Source: the human T2T-CHM13v2.0 reference genome, Homo sapiens. From it: a DNA stretch of 64,000 bases. The stretch's first letter is position 1. Each line of letters opens with the position of its first letter. Below are positions 1 to 18,445 of this stretch, one piece after another. The DNA is taken from the NCBI RefSeq assembly GCF_009914755.1, contig NC_060925.1, one strand, 5' to 3'. Position numbers and translations under genes: made by a program. The notes beneath the pieces are model-generated. The model made no database searches, had not been told where the DNA came from, and was given only the letters and a program-made list of their open reading frames with translations.

Positions 1-249
1 ATTTTTACTGTGAGAGCTGAAGGCCTTTCATCCTATTATAACTTTGGCATTAAGGCAGTTCCAAACCTGCAGTAGTTGGAAAAGCTTCATCAGTCATGTC
101 TTTACCCCTCAGCTCTTAGAACTTATTGTCATTCACATGTGCCGTGAAAAAAAATGTTTCTTTCCAACACTTTCTTTGCCTCTACCTCTTATTGCTATTT
201 TAAACACAGGAGCCCAGCTGATCACTTTACATTCTCAGTCATAGGCATG

Positions 250-390
250 AGATGTCTTTTTAGATTGATGGAAATGTTCTAAAATTGGATTTGGTGATGA
301 TTGCACAGCTCTATATATGTCCTAAAAATCATTAAATTGTGCATTTAAAATGGGTGGGTCTTGTGGTACATAAATTATACTGCAGTGAAG
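250..390 (+). mobile_element. Old L1M 3' end fragment
   Basis: gatggaaatgttctaaaattggat...ggtgatgattgcacagctct...aaaatcattaaattgtgcatttaaaatggg resembles L1MB/MC 3'UTR. Confidence 0.7.
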
Positions 391-541
391 TCAGATCATG
401 TCACCTTTGTGCTTAAAAACCTCCCAGGGGACCCATCTCTCATGGAGTCAAAGTTAAAGTCATTGCAATGGCCTCGAAGCCCTGCCTGACCTTCCCTTCA
501 TTCTCTGTGCTCCAGCCACACTGGCCTTGCTGTTCCCTCTT

Positions 542-1010
<469 letters not shown>

Positions 1011-1081
1011 TATATAACCCCTTGAAGTCTGCCTGGGCACATGCCACATGCAGGTTTAGGTGCACGCCTAGCCTTCTCGGT

Positions 1082-1464
1082 TGTATTAGTCCATTTTCAC
1101 ACTGCTAGAAAGACCTACCTGAGACTGGGTAATTTATGAAGAAGAGAGGTTTAATTGACTCACAGATCCACAGGCTTAACAGGAAGCATGACTGGGAGGC
1201 CTCAGGAAACTTACAATCATGGCGGAAGGTGAAGGGGAAGCAAGCTTGTCTTCCCATGGTGGAGCAGGAGAGAGAGTGAAGGGGAAGTGTGACACACCTT
1301 TAAGCAACCAGATCTCGTGAGAACTCACTATCATGAGAACAGCATGGGGAAATCTGTCACTATAATCCAATCACCAATCGCCTCCCACCAGGCCTCTCCT
1401 TCAACACAGCGGGATTACAACGCCACATGAGATTTGGGTGGGGACACAGAGCCAAACCATATCA
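1082..1464 (-). mobile_element. MSTA-like solo LTR (ERVL-MaLR)
   Basis: tgtattagtccatttt...gagactgggtaatttat...gatttgggtggggacacagagccaaaccatatca; complete TG...CA LTR. Confidence 0.9.
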
Positions 1465-3035
1465 CTTGTATAAGGGTAAACAATTCTACTCTGGGGGTTT
1501 GGGACAGCCTAGTTTTGTTAGAGGCTATTGTAGGGAAGCCTACGATGGTACTGTCACATGCTGAACCATTCTGAATGCTTCCAGACAGCATCCTCAGAAG
1601 AGGAAACAGAAAGTTCAAAGGTCAAAGACCCCCAGAATTTAGATAATTTCTGTTTCTATCTTGTGAATTGCTCTTGTCATGTTTTCAGCAGCTCACACTG
1701 GACTCCTGAGACGGTGCTTTACCACTTGGTACCCCTAAAAGTCTGGAAATTATCTTAGCTTTTTAAAAAAAAAATACATAAATAAAAAAAAAAAAACCCA
1801 AGAGCTGAGAATGGACAGCGTCATCACAGCAGCAAACTTCAGCTCACACTAGAGCCTTGATCTCAAAAACTGTGTTTAAATTAAGTTTTTTGTGAAACTA
1901 AACATTCTTAAAATGCACAAAGCGGGGCCAGCCCTTCCAAAGGGCCCCACAGAGAACACTTTCGGACAGTGTGGGGCCTTTGCCAGCGGGAATCAGGTGA
2001 AGGTCCCAGCTTCACCTTTGTCATTTCCCCCTTTCCACACAGTGAGCTTCCTTAAAGTGAGGCAAACCCTCGCAGAGCTTTCTGTTATCCCAGGGCCTGC
2101 TCCTTTAGCTGCCACTCAGAAATCTCATCAAACAGCTGGGAAGGCAGCACCTCTCACTCCCACATGCCTGTCACGCTGTCAGTAAAGAGATTCTGCTGGG
2201 CTGCAAAGACCAAAGAATCACAAGTTCAAGAAGCAAAAAAGAAGGATTTTCTCCCTCCTGGTGGGGGTTCATGTGTGCAGCGAGTGATAAGGTAGAAACC
2301 AAGGAGGAATTTATTTCCTGACTGCGGGTCCAGTAAAAAGACCTTGAAGGAAACACTATGAACTGCACTAACACAAATGAAATCCATTCCAAAGATACAC
2401 ACGTGCACATGATAGACACGTAGAGAGAGGCCACAGAAGGGAGGGGGGACCAAGAAAGGAGAAAGGGCGGCTTTGACTGTACCCCCAAGCCCCGCAGTGG
2501 AATGAGGTTCACACTGGAAAGAATCGCTTAAAGGAGCCTGTTTGGACATATACCAGGATTTGGGATGAATTCTTTAAGGGAATGACTAAACCTTCATCTC
2601 TCCTCTTTGATTCCCATCTCTTTTATTTGGTCATGCAAAGTGATAAGGCTATTACTAACATCCCGGCGGGGGGGGGGGACCCTAAAAATTAATCTGCACT
2701 GCCTGACCTCCCCTCCTTCTCCCCTCCCCCCACCCCAGGGGGACTAAAGCTGGGTTTGTCTGAGAATAAAGCAACTGGTGGATACAATCCATGGAAGGGA
2801 AATAAATCACATCAAATGTAATGTCTGCTGTCTGCTATCATGGAGATGAAAGAGCCAGCTGACCGAGTGACAGTCTCTTCTGCATTTCAGCTGATATCTA
2901 GTGACAGCCCAGACATAATTTTCAGCCAAGTAAGAATTTGGGGACTCAAGGGTCAGGATGTTTAAATGTATCTTTGTGAGCACATTGACAAACTCTTTGG
3001 CTTTGGTTTTATCTTGCAAACATCATGGGCAATAA

Positions 3036-3781
<746 letters not shown>

Positions 3782-4828
3782 TGGAATTCCATTTCTTAAT
3801 CCTCGTCCTCCTCTTCCTCTTCTTTATCATCATCATCTCAGTTTATTTCAGGGTAGGCTCAGGACTAAGTGCTTCATACATCAATTAATTTCCTTTACTC
3901 TTCACAACAATCCTAGGAGGTAAGCATGACCACTTCCATTTAACGATGGGAAGCCTAGCCTCCGACACGCCAAGTAATTTGTCCAAGATCACACAGTAAG
4001 TAAGTGGCATGGTGGAATTTGGTTATTCTTATATTTTCCCTCCTACTCTCCTGTCCCACTTCCCTTTGCAATCAAATAAAACCTTGAACCAAAATACATG
4101 TCTTCTGACACCTGACATCTTTCAAAATTGTGTATGAAAGCCAGAACACACACACCTGTGAAGGTGAACATTTCAGATTTTGTTGATTCAAGGGACAACT
4201 AGCAGGCTAGAATTTCCTAAAAGATTAATATCCCGATGTATAGACCCGGCCAAGAGCATGTGGCCTTTTGCTTTGGTAATCTCTAGCACATGTGCCAAAG
4301 TGGAGGTGGGTGAACAGATACTGCTATGAAAAAGAACAGGGGCCATGTGAAACACGACACACTTTCTAGTCTTTGATGGAGAGTTAGGCAATTGGCCCAC
4401 ATCCTGCTACGGGAACTCAATTTTCCCATCAGAAAGATGAGTTTGAGTTAACAATAGAACTTTGAGAAATATAGCTGCTGGTAAGCTGCAGGCGGTGAGC
4501 CAGTAGAGAACAAGAAGTTTCATTCTACGTGTACCACACATGCCTCATTTTATTGCATTTTGCTTTACTGCACTTCACAGATATTACGTGTCTTACAAAT
4601 TGAAGGTTTGTGGCAGCCCTGCTTCAACTAAGTCTGTTGGTGCTATTTTCCCACACTCTGAGATCACTGGAGCAGCACTTTTAATTTCCTACAAGAAGCT
4701 TTCCTTTGCATTCACAATTTGGCTGTTTGATGCAAGACGCCTGGCTTTTGGTTTGTCTCACTTTCAACATGCCTTTCTTACTCAGCTTAATCATTTCTAG
4801 CTTTTGATTTAAAGTGAGAAATGTGTGA

Positions 4829-5476
<648 letters not shown>

Positions 5477-5687
5477 TATCCATCATGTAGGGCTATTAAT
5501 TGGCCTAATTTCAATACTGTTGTGTCTCAGGGAATAGGAAGGCTGGAGGAGAGGGAGAGAGGTGGGGAACAGCCAGCTGGTGGAGCATCGGAACACACAC
5601 AACATTTACTAAGTTCACCGTCTTATATGGACAATGTTTGTGGTGCCCCAAAACAATTACAATAGTAACATCAAACATCACTGATCA

Positions 5688-6069
<382 letters not shown>

Positions 6070-6159
6070 TTAAGGTGAGCACATGTACTAGTGAAAAGGT
6101 TTGAAATATTGCAAGAATTATCAAAATGTGACACAGGGACATAGAAGGCCATATGTCTT

Positions 6160-6656
6160 CTATCAGTTAGCTATTGGCGTGTGACAAACCATCCCAGAAC
6201 TCAGTGGCTTAAAATAATCAGTGATTATTTCCCATGAGCCTACAAATTGGCCGGGCAATTCTGCTAAAATCATCCAGGCATGGCTGATCCCACTGGGTGC
6301 ACTCATGTGTCTGCAGCCAGCTGGCAGCTAGGCTGAGGCTGGGTGGGATGAGCCAGCTTTGCTCGGTGGGGTCTCTCATCCCCCCAGGAACTAACTTGGA
6401 CCCATTCTTATGGTGAGGTTCTAGGAGAGAGTGGAATTCACGTGCAAGGCCTCCTGAGGCCTAGGTTTGAAAATGGCATGATGCGATTTCCTGTGCCTTC
6501 TATGGGCCAATGCAAGTCACAAGGCCAGCCCAGATTCAAGGGGTGGGGAAACAGACTACACTTCTTGATGGGAGGGGTTTCAAGGTCACATTGTAAAGTA
6601 TGTGGATACAGGCAGGGGTGGGAATTATGGCCGTTTTTTGCCATCAGTCTACCACA
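6160..6656 (-). mobile_element. MLT1 (ERVL-MaLR) LTR
   Basis: ...cagaactcagtggcttaaaa...gcaagtcacaaggccagcccagattcaaggggtggggaa...atcagtctaccaca. Confidence 0.75.
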
Positions 6657-6930
6657 GATGTACACAATATGTCTGAAACACTGCAACATACTGATGGCTC
6701 ATGTGTAGTGGGCAACAGGTTAAATCCATTAAGACACTAGTTCAGGATGAATCTTTCTCCAAATTCTCACCCAGGAAGAAGGGGAAGGGGTGGGGGAAAC
6801 ACTGGGAATGATGGCAGGCTGTTGGCAAGTGGCTGGCTTTTGGGGATGTGGTTTTGGGAGTCCTGGGCTAAGGCAGGATCCACATAAAGAACTGGAGGAG
6901 TGAGCCCAGGTAGAATCCTTTAGGCAAGAT

Positions 6931-7125
6931 CCAGGTGGGCATGGTGGTGTGCACCTGTGGTCCCAGCTACTCAGGAGGTTGAGGCAGGAGGATGGCTTGA
7001 GCCCAGGAGTTCAAGGCTGTAGTGAGCTATGGTTGTACCACTGCACTCCAGCCTGGATGACAGAGTAAGACCCTGTCTCTAAAAATATATCAACAACAAC
7101 AACAACAACAACAAAAACAAAAAAA
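6931..7125 (+). mobile_element. AluJ/FRAM monomer with (CAA)n tail
   Basis: Single Alu arm; caacaa repeat at ~7091-7113. Confidence 0.85.
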
Positions 7126-7243
7126 ACATGCTCCTTGAAGCGCAGAGATTCATTCTGGAAAATTCTCAGCCAATAAATTATCTCTCTCCCCTATTCTCTT
7201 TTTCTTGGGGATTTCTATAAGCAAATGTCAAACTTTAATTTAA

Positions 7244-7636
<393 letters not shown>

Positions 7637-8020
7637 TAGTTTTGTCTAAACCACTTTAATTTATCCAGTATTCATTGTAATGACTCTATTTTTTTATTTC
7701 TACAAGTTACATTTGATTTATTTTCAGATCTCCGTATTCTTTTTTTCAATGTCTTGTTCCTTCCACTTATTTTCAAAGTTTAAATTTATGTCTTTAAAAA
7801 CTGTAACATACTTAGCGGGTGGGGAGGGCTTCTTCAGACCATTCTGCTGGGCACTAACGGTCTAATTCTGATTGTGTTGTTTCTGCAACCTTTCTTCATG
7901 GTGGTTTTATAAGACTGGATTGAAAACTCATCTTTACAGCTACTCATACATGGGAATCTGTGTAGCCTAGATTGAGAACCTATTTTCTCCAGAGCAGTTT
8001 TCTCTTTTAAAAAATCATTT

Positions 8021-8815
<795 letters not shown>

Positions 8816-9415
8816 TGGTTTTCATTGGGAAGGTTCTGTGAGATGATGTCTAGAATCACCTGTCACAGCGAGTATCTGATAAATATTAGTTCCTTCCACT
8901 CTTTGTATATTTGGTGCCTAATAAATGCTTATCAAGTCAAATGAAAACAAGACGGATATAACTGACGACATGAAAATTTCTCAGGATATAGGAGCAGCTG
9001 CCAAGTTCTGCACGAGCCCTCAAGGAAAGGCAGTCGGTAACTCTCCCCAGCAAGCACCCTCTGGACACGCCCCCTGGGCTGGGATTGGAGGAGGGATGGC
9101 TGCAGAAATGGCTGTGAAGTGGCCTTTTCCTCTATGAAAGTGTGCACACCAGAGAGCTGCCACCAGGTGGTGCTGTGGTGACCATGTAAGCCCCGGGCAT
9201 CTCCCTGGCAGAACCCTACCCCAAGAGCTTCCTACAATGCCATTCCCATTAGAGACGGAGGGAGCGCCCTGGGAGTGGGGTCTGATCACATCCTAGAAAG
9301 CCTGCCCCTCCCTGGAGTCCCTGAGATGGAGCCATGAGTATGGGACTCTGGGCTTAGCCCTGCCTGGAGGGCAAGGCCATTTGGGTAAACCCTCAACTAT
9401 AGAATTAAAGGGACA

Positions 9416-9920
<505 letters not shown>

Positions 9921-10295
9921 ATTTTTTTGTTTTGTTTTGTTTTTTTTAATTAAAGGGACAGATAAAGGGTCAGTAGAAAGAACCCTGGTGTGGGTGTCAG
10001 ACAGGTAAGCGGCCCTCCCTTGGCTCCATCACTTACAAGCTGTGTGACCATGAATAAATCTCCTGGGCTCCCTGCACCTGCTCTCTCGAAAAACAGGGAC
10101 TGTTCTGGTGTCCTCCCTCCAGGCTGGCCGTGCAGATGGAGGAGACACCACTTGCAAAGGGCCCGACCTGAAAATGGTACTTCATCCTTCTCTTGGTGCA
10201 GTTCAACAGGTATCCATGGAGGCCCTGTCCCTGGGCATCCATGCTGGAGCCGCCAGCCTCAAGGAAGCTGAGCGGGTGAGAAAAGAGGAATCCAG

Positions 10296-10629
<334 letters not shown>

Positions 10630-11427
10630 CTAGAGGGTGTGTGGCTTCCCCAGCTGCAGGGAGGACTGGCTGAAGGATGGGGTGTTCAGGAGGAGGTCCC
10701 TTCCCCTCTGAGATCACACCTGGTGGAAATGGGGTCTGCCTGATTGCTGTTCCCTCTGCGCCCTGCACAGGTCCTGGGATGTCATGGCGTAGGTCACAGG
10801 AGACATTTGCTGGCTGATAGATCAATTAACTACATCAAGTGAAAATGCTACTACTGAAGGTTCAAGTCAGGGCCTGAGTCCAGGTCTCTGCTTTCTGCTG
10901 GACGGGCCAAGCCCTGCATTTTGGACCCTGTTCATCTCTCCAGCCTTGTTTCTCACAACTTCCTGGCAGAAACCTTGGCTGCAGTCACTGGCCCTTCCCA
11001 GCACATGCACCTTCCTGCCTCTGGACTTTGGGTATTGCCAGTCCTGCGCCCTCCGGCCTTCTGCCTGCCTCGAAGCCTCTCGAGGCTTACCTGTCCTTCA
11101 AAGCCTGCCCTCTCCTCCCTGGCGCCCTCCCTGCCTTCTGGAAGGAAAGGCTCCTCCTTTGAACTGCTGCAGCCCTTAAAGTCTAGGCCCTTGAGATGCA
11201 GCATTTGGTTCTGTTATTCACCTGCTTTAAGCCTGGCATCTTATTTTCTTAACTAGGTTGTAGGCTCTTTGAGGGCAGCAAGCTTGTCGGAAAAGGCAGC
11301 ATAAAAGAAGGGTTAACAGGAAATGGTTTAGACATACATGAATTAGAATCCCAGGCTTGCTAATTACTGGCTGGGTGCCCTTGGAGAAGTCACCTAACCT
11401 CCCTGGGCTTCAGGTTTCCCATTTTCA

Positions 11428-12067
<640 letters not shown>

Positions 12068-12929
12068 GAGAGAGAGAAAATGCAACACCTGGTTGCCAGT
12101 GTCATAATGCCCACACCTTCCAAGGTGACTGGGAAGAAGAACGAGACGGACTCTGTTCCAGTCTGGCACACAGTAGGTGCTCAATACACACCAGCTCCCT
12201 GGTGTATTTCTTAGTTTGGAGAGGAGCAGGTATTCTCCACCAAATTTCTGCCGAGGAATGCGGCGGCACCAACTAAAAATCATGCTTCCCATTGCTCCCT
12301 GAGCCTGAGATCCAGGTACAACAACAATCCCATGAAGCAACTGCTAACTACACACAACGTAAAACCACTCAAACGAAAATCCAACTTGAGACTCGCCACC
12401 TAGTTGTAACTTCCAAGTACCCCGGTACTCATCAAAGCTGAAGAGATCATTAGCTCCAATCTGGGTTCTGAAGAAGTCGCTGCTGCAGCCTTCCTGACAC
12501 ATCTCTGTTCAATCAGGCAGGCACCTTATAAAGATTATTCCCAGCCATGGCATTCTCCTCATGGTCCGGGTTTGTAAGCTCTAGCCCTGACCCTTCCAGC
12601 TAGCCCAAGGCAGAGACATCCGAGGCTCTGTTGGCTAATTATGTTTGAACCTGAGTTCACTTCTCAAAATGAGAGGGTGCAACTCTCAGACAGAAGAAGT
12701 CAGGTTGAGATGGAAGGTCTCACTACAGGTGCAGCTGGCATCACTATATACCCTCACAGACAGGAGAAATATGCAGTCAACTTTTTCTGTTTTTGCTTTG
12801 ATTGCTGGGAAGCTAATAGTTCAGTTACAGCACTGGGTAATAACAGATAAACATAATAACCATAACAGTAACAAAACAGTGGCTACTGAATGCCTATTAC
12901 TTGTGAGCCATTCTGCTAAGTGCTTTATT

Positions 12930-13705
12930 TATTGATTGATTGATTTAGAGACAGGGTCTCCCTCTGTCACCCAGGCTAGAGTACAGTGGTGCGATCATAG
13001 CCTGCTGCAACCTTGAGCTCCTGGGCTCAAATGATCCTCTGGACTCAGTCTCCCAAGCAGCTGGGGCTACAGATGTATACCACCATGTCTGGCTAATTAA
13101 AAAAAAAATTTTGGCTGGGTGCAGTGGCTCACACCTGTAATCCCAGCATTTTGGGAGGCCGAGGCAGATGGATCACTTAAGTCAGGAGTTCAAGACCAGC
13201 CTGGCTAACATGGCAAAACCCCGTCCCTACTAAAACTACAAAAATTAGCCAGGTTTGGTGGCAGGCACCTGTAGTCCCAGCTACTTGGGAGGCTGAGGCA
13301 GTAGAATCGTTTGAACCCAGGAGGTGGAGATGCAGTGAGCCAAGATCACACCACTGCACTCCAGCCTGGACGACAGAGAGAGATTCCTTCTCAAAAAGGA
13401 AAATAATTTTTTTTTTTTTTTTTTTTTTGTAGAGATGGCGTCTTGTTTTGTTGTCCAGGCTGGTCTTAAACTCCTAGGCTCAAGCGATCAATCCTCCTGC
13501 CTTGGCCTCCCAAGGCACTGGGATTACAGGTATGAACTACCAGGTCTGGCCCTGATTAAATTTTTACATTTTATTTATTTATTTAATAGAGATAGGGATC
13601 TTGCTATGCTGGCCATGGTGGTCTCAAACTTCTGACCTCAAGGAGTCCTCCCGCCTCGGCCTTCCAAAGTGCCGGGATTACATGTGTGAGCCACCACACC
13701 TGGCT
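12930..13705. mobile_element. AluJ - (12930-13551) with oppositely oriented AluS + (13113-13400) nested, plus monomer - (13585-13705)
   Basis: Alu consensus arms in the stated order. Confidence 0.88.
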
Positions 13706-14907
13706 CCACTTAATTCTTTCAATTGTCCTATGAAGAAAGTATTACTAGACCCATTTCTCAGGCGAGAGGACTGAGGTGTAGAGACTAAGTACATGGGGTC
13801 TGTTTGCTCAGCTGGTAAGTGGCAGAGCTGGAATTCAGATCCAGGCCTGGCTGCAGGTGCCTTCTGCTCCAGGCCTGCCTCCCTTGCATTGGATCTTCCC
13901 AATGGACTTAGAGCTCCTGTTCCTATTTGTTTTTCTCTGGGTCCTAATGTTTTATATTTGCCCATAAGTTGTTGCTTTAGTGGCTGTATTTCCTGAAATG
14001 CCTGCAAATCTTTTGGGGGAAGAATGATGGGGCTTTGCATAAATAAATAAATAAATACGTGTCTAAGAAAACGAGTTAACAAAAGATCGAAAAAACAAAG
14101 AACAATGAAGGCCTAGTAGAGACCCGAAAGGTCAGAGTTCACACATGAACACCCTGTGCTGGGGTGGCAAAGACAGGGTCCCCAAAACTCAGGGTCTGTC
14201 ATTAAATCACAGGTACTGGGTATGCACTGACCCACAGGCAGAAACATTTTTATCTTCTGCTCTGCAAAACAGGCCTGGCAATTTTCTAAAAGACAAGTTT
14301 TGACAACACTGACAATGCAGGCTTGATGATCAGGGAATCTTAGATACGAGGAAAGAAAAAAAAACCAGTTTCCATTACAGAGTGCTGGGAACTGAGATGA
14401 TTAATTAACATGTAAGTTAATGAGACTTTGGGGTGTTTTCTTCTCCGGTTGGAATTCTCTCCAACCTCAGAGGAATGCTCCTTTGCTGCAGAGGGTCTGG
14501 ATTCTTCTGTTGTTGTTATGGACTGAGACTCACGCATGGGACCTGGTTATGCAAAATTCTGAGTGAGGGGGAGGCCTGGGAGGGAAGGAAACTGAGAATG
14601 GTCCCCAGAGAGGGGATCTCCTTCTGAGACTCAGACAGCCATCAGGGCTCACTGTGAGGGCCAGGAAAAGATACGCTCCTGCAGACTATTCTCTCCATAC
14701 ACCTGTGCTCACCACAGAAACTTCAGCAGAGAATTTGTTTCCCTGGAGCTTAGGCAGACAGTGTGGGCACGTGCTCCATTGCTTGAGAGTGGCAGTTAGT
14801 GCTGGACCTCGAGAAAGCAGGATTCAGTTTGCAACACTGTCTCCTGTGAGTTTTCCTAGTGGGACTGCTCAGCTCTGGGTGCAAAATAGATAAAAATTAT
14901 ATTTAGT

Positions 14908-15305
<398 letters not shown>

Positions 15306-16502
15306 CTATCTGAGGGGCCAGCGGCCTCCCTGGACATGGCTCATCTCATTGCACATTCAAACACCAATAGCCTTAACAGATTCTCTGGGCAGGGCTTGAT
15401 GTTTCACAATTTACAAGCAACTGACTCCATGATTAAATTGATCAGTCCTCTAAATTCCTGACTTACTACCCTTCGCAGAGTAGTCCGTTTCCTATCACTA
15501 GAAGCAACTAAGCAGAGGCTAGTAGACAGATGGATGATGTCAAGGGGATCCTGTACAGTGTGGAGGTTTGTTTGAACCAGACGATTTCAAACGTCTTTTG
15601 GAACCCTGAGTCTAGGAGTCCACAATCACATGCTCATGGGACGAAAGAATGAAATGAGGCCCAGCATATCAGCCTCGATAAGATGTTCTAGCAGTGCCTT
15701 CTGGATCATTATCCTTCAACTGAGTGTTAAGTGCCCTTTACAGGAGTCAATGCTCTCAAGGCTGCAAGCCACCTACTGTACAACAGTCTTAGCCAATCAC
15801 TCAGTATGTACTATGTGCCAGGCTCTGTGCTAAGAGCTTAGATGCGCTATTTTATTTTCCTTAAGAGGTGGGTATCGTTTGATCTACATTAATAATAAGG
15901 AAAACTTGAAGAATGTAGGGGACTTGCACAGGGTCATACCGTTCCCATGATCTTAACCTCATGGCATGGAGAATTGTGGCCTTCTGGGTAATGATGAGCA
16001 CCCAACTCTTTACTCTGCATATACTTTATAGTTTAGGAGTAGAAAGTGTGTCTGCAAATGGCTACAGCAGGTGGTAGGAAAGACAGGCTAGGGAGACACA
16101 GTCCTGGAAGAAAGAACCCCTGGGGCACTTTTGTACAAGGGTTTCCCTGGTTCCAAGGGAGCGCTGCTGGTCTGGAGGTGGTGGGATGTCTGGCACAAGC
16201 TCTGACCCTGGGGCAAGGGGGCTGGGGGGTGCATCCAGTGTCAGCGGCAGGAACACTGGGATCCTCAGCCTCTCCTCCTTCCGTGCCTGTGTTTCTCTCT
16301 GCCCACCTTCTTCCCAGGCCTCCTCCTATTGCTCCTATGGGAAGAGGGGGTGCTGGCCTCATTAGTCAAGCGTGAGGACACTGATGGGACACATGTACTA
16401 GTGGGCAGGTTGCTGTACATCAGGAAGCCGGACTGCAGGCTCTCCTCCCTCCTCTGAGCAAGGCAAGTCGCTGGAGGAGGTTAGGGCCACCTTCTCTCTC
16501 TC

Positions 16503-16714
16503 TGGCCCTTATCTGAAATGCGTGGGACCAGAAGTATTTTGGATTTCAGATTTTGGAATATTTGCATTATTCTTATTGGTTGAGCATCCCAAATCCGAAA
16601 ATCTGAAATGCTGCATTGAGCATTTCCTCGGAGTATCATGTTGCTGCTCAAAAAGTTTTGGAATCTGGAGCATTTTGGATTTTGAATTTTTGGATTTGGG
16701 ATGCCCAACTTGTA
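16503..16714 (-). mobile_element. MER46A/Tigger4a-like MITE
   Basis: cccttatctgaaatgc.tgggaccagaagt...gagcatcccaaatccgaaaatctgaaatgc...gggatgcccaacttgta. Confidence 0.85.
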
Positions 16715-18100
16715 TTCATCTCATATGGGGGATAGTCTCTTCTTTGTCTTCCTGCCTCCTTTCTCCTTCGATGCCACTGGCCAGGACCCCATAGGCCCCC
16801 AGATCCAGGGCTGGAGCTTTTGGGTGGCTGAGCCTGCTGTGTGACCAGCACAGCTTCTTCCCTGGGGGTTACTGGGTCCTAGCTTAGGTGGCGTTGAAGT
16901 GATGGGTGCCCCAGTCATCATGTAGCTAAAGTCTGCATGCTCAGCTCTCTCAGGGACCCTGTGGGAAGAAGGAAGTAATTTCCAAGGCTAGTATTTGGGC
17001 ATTTCTGGATTCCTCCAGTCACAGCAACCAACTTCCAACACCAACACCAATCATCACTGCGTTTCAGGGTGCAGACCCTCTTGGTCTCCTTTCCTCACCT
17101 GTAAATTGAAGGTTTGGACAATGTGATTTCTGGAGGCTCTTCCAGCTCTGAGCTGGGGCCCTGGAAGCTAAGTGGATTTATCTAGTAGACAATGGGGGCT
17201 GGTGGCCAATCTGTGAGAGGAGGGTGAAGCGGGTCACCTGGTGACAATGCCCTGTGGGTTAACAGTGAAGCAGAGAGGTCTGACCCCAGAGGCGAGGCTG
17301 GAGCAAGCCCCCAAATTCCTGCCTTCTTTAAATAACAGAGACAACCCACATTCAAGGTGAGATCAAATGCATTTTAGCCGGTGGCAACTGCTAAGGTCAA
17401 GGGTGCCTGCATTCCCAGAGGGAAGCAAATGTCTTTGAAAGGCAGTCGGCAGGCTAAGAGTCTTGGAAAGAGCCTGGGGGCTGGTCGGCCTTTAGTTTAG
17501 ATTAAAGCACAGATTAAATGAATCCCACTTCTGTAACTCACTCCCCTGAGAGCTGCCAGTTGGGCTAAAGACATTACTGCTACATTAGTGAGCTCAGAGA
17601 CAGTGAGTACCATAGCCTTGGAAAAATCCATTTGGATAAACTAATGGAGAATAAGAAAGGAACACTTACTTGTTGGGAGTCTACTATGTGCCAAGCATTG
17701 TGCTGTTACATCCACCATATAAAAAGGCCAGCTTTGTGGTTGGACAGGCTGGAGTTGAACCCAGGTTCACTATTTGTAAATTGCTGCAGCTCTTTGCTGT
17801 GCCAAGTCCCATGCTAGGTGCCGATGACAGAGGGCAGAATGAAATGGACACAGTCCCTGCCATCAATCTCCTTATAGGCAAAATGGGAAAATCAATAACT
17901 ATATCTTAGAGTTGTTTGTATATTAGATGAGGGAAAACAGGCAAAGCCCTTAGCATATCACTTGGCATATAGTAGGTGTTCAATAAATGGTAGTTATTAA
18001 ATCCTAGAATAACCCCCAGAGGGATCAATATCCCAATTTTACTAATTAGTCTGAAGCCCAGACAGGTGAAGTGACTTGCCCAAGGGTACCCAGACAGTAA

Positions 18101-18445
<345 letters not shown>

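Noticed and set aside
12393-12408. CTCF-like caactaggtggcg on the minus strand
   Set aside because: Mismatch at a highly conserved core C; weak without data.
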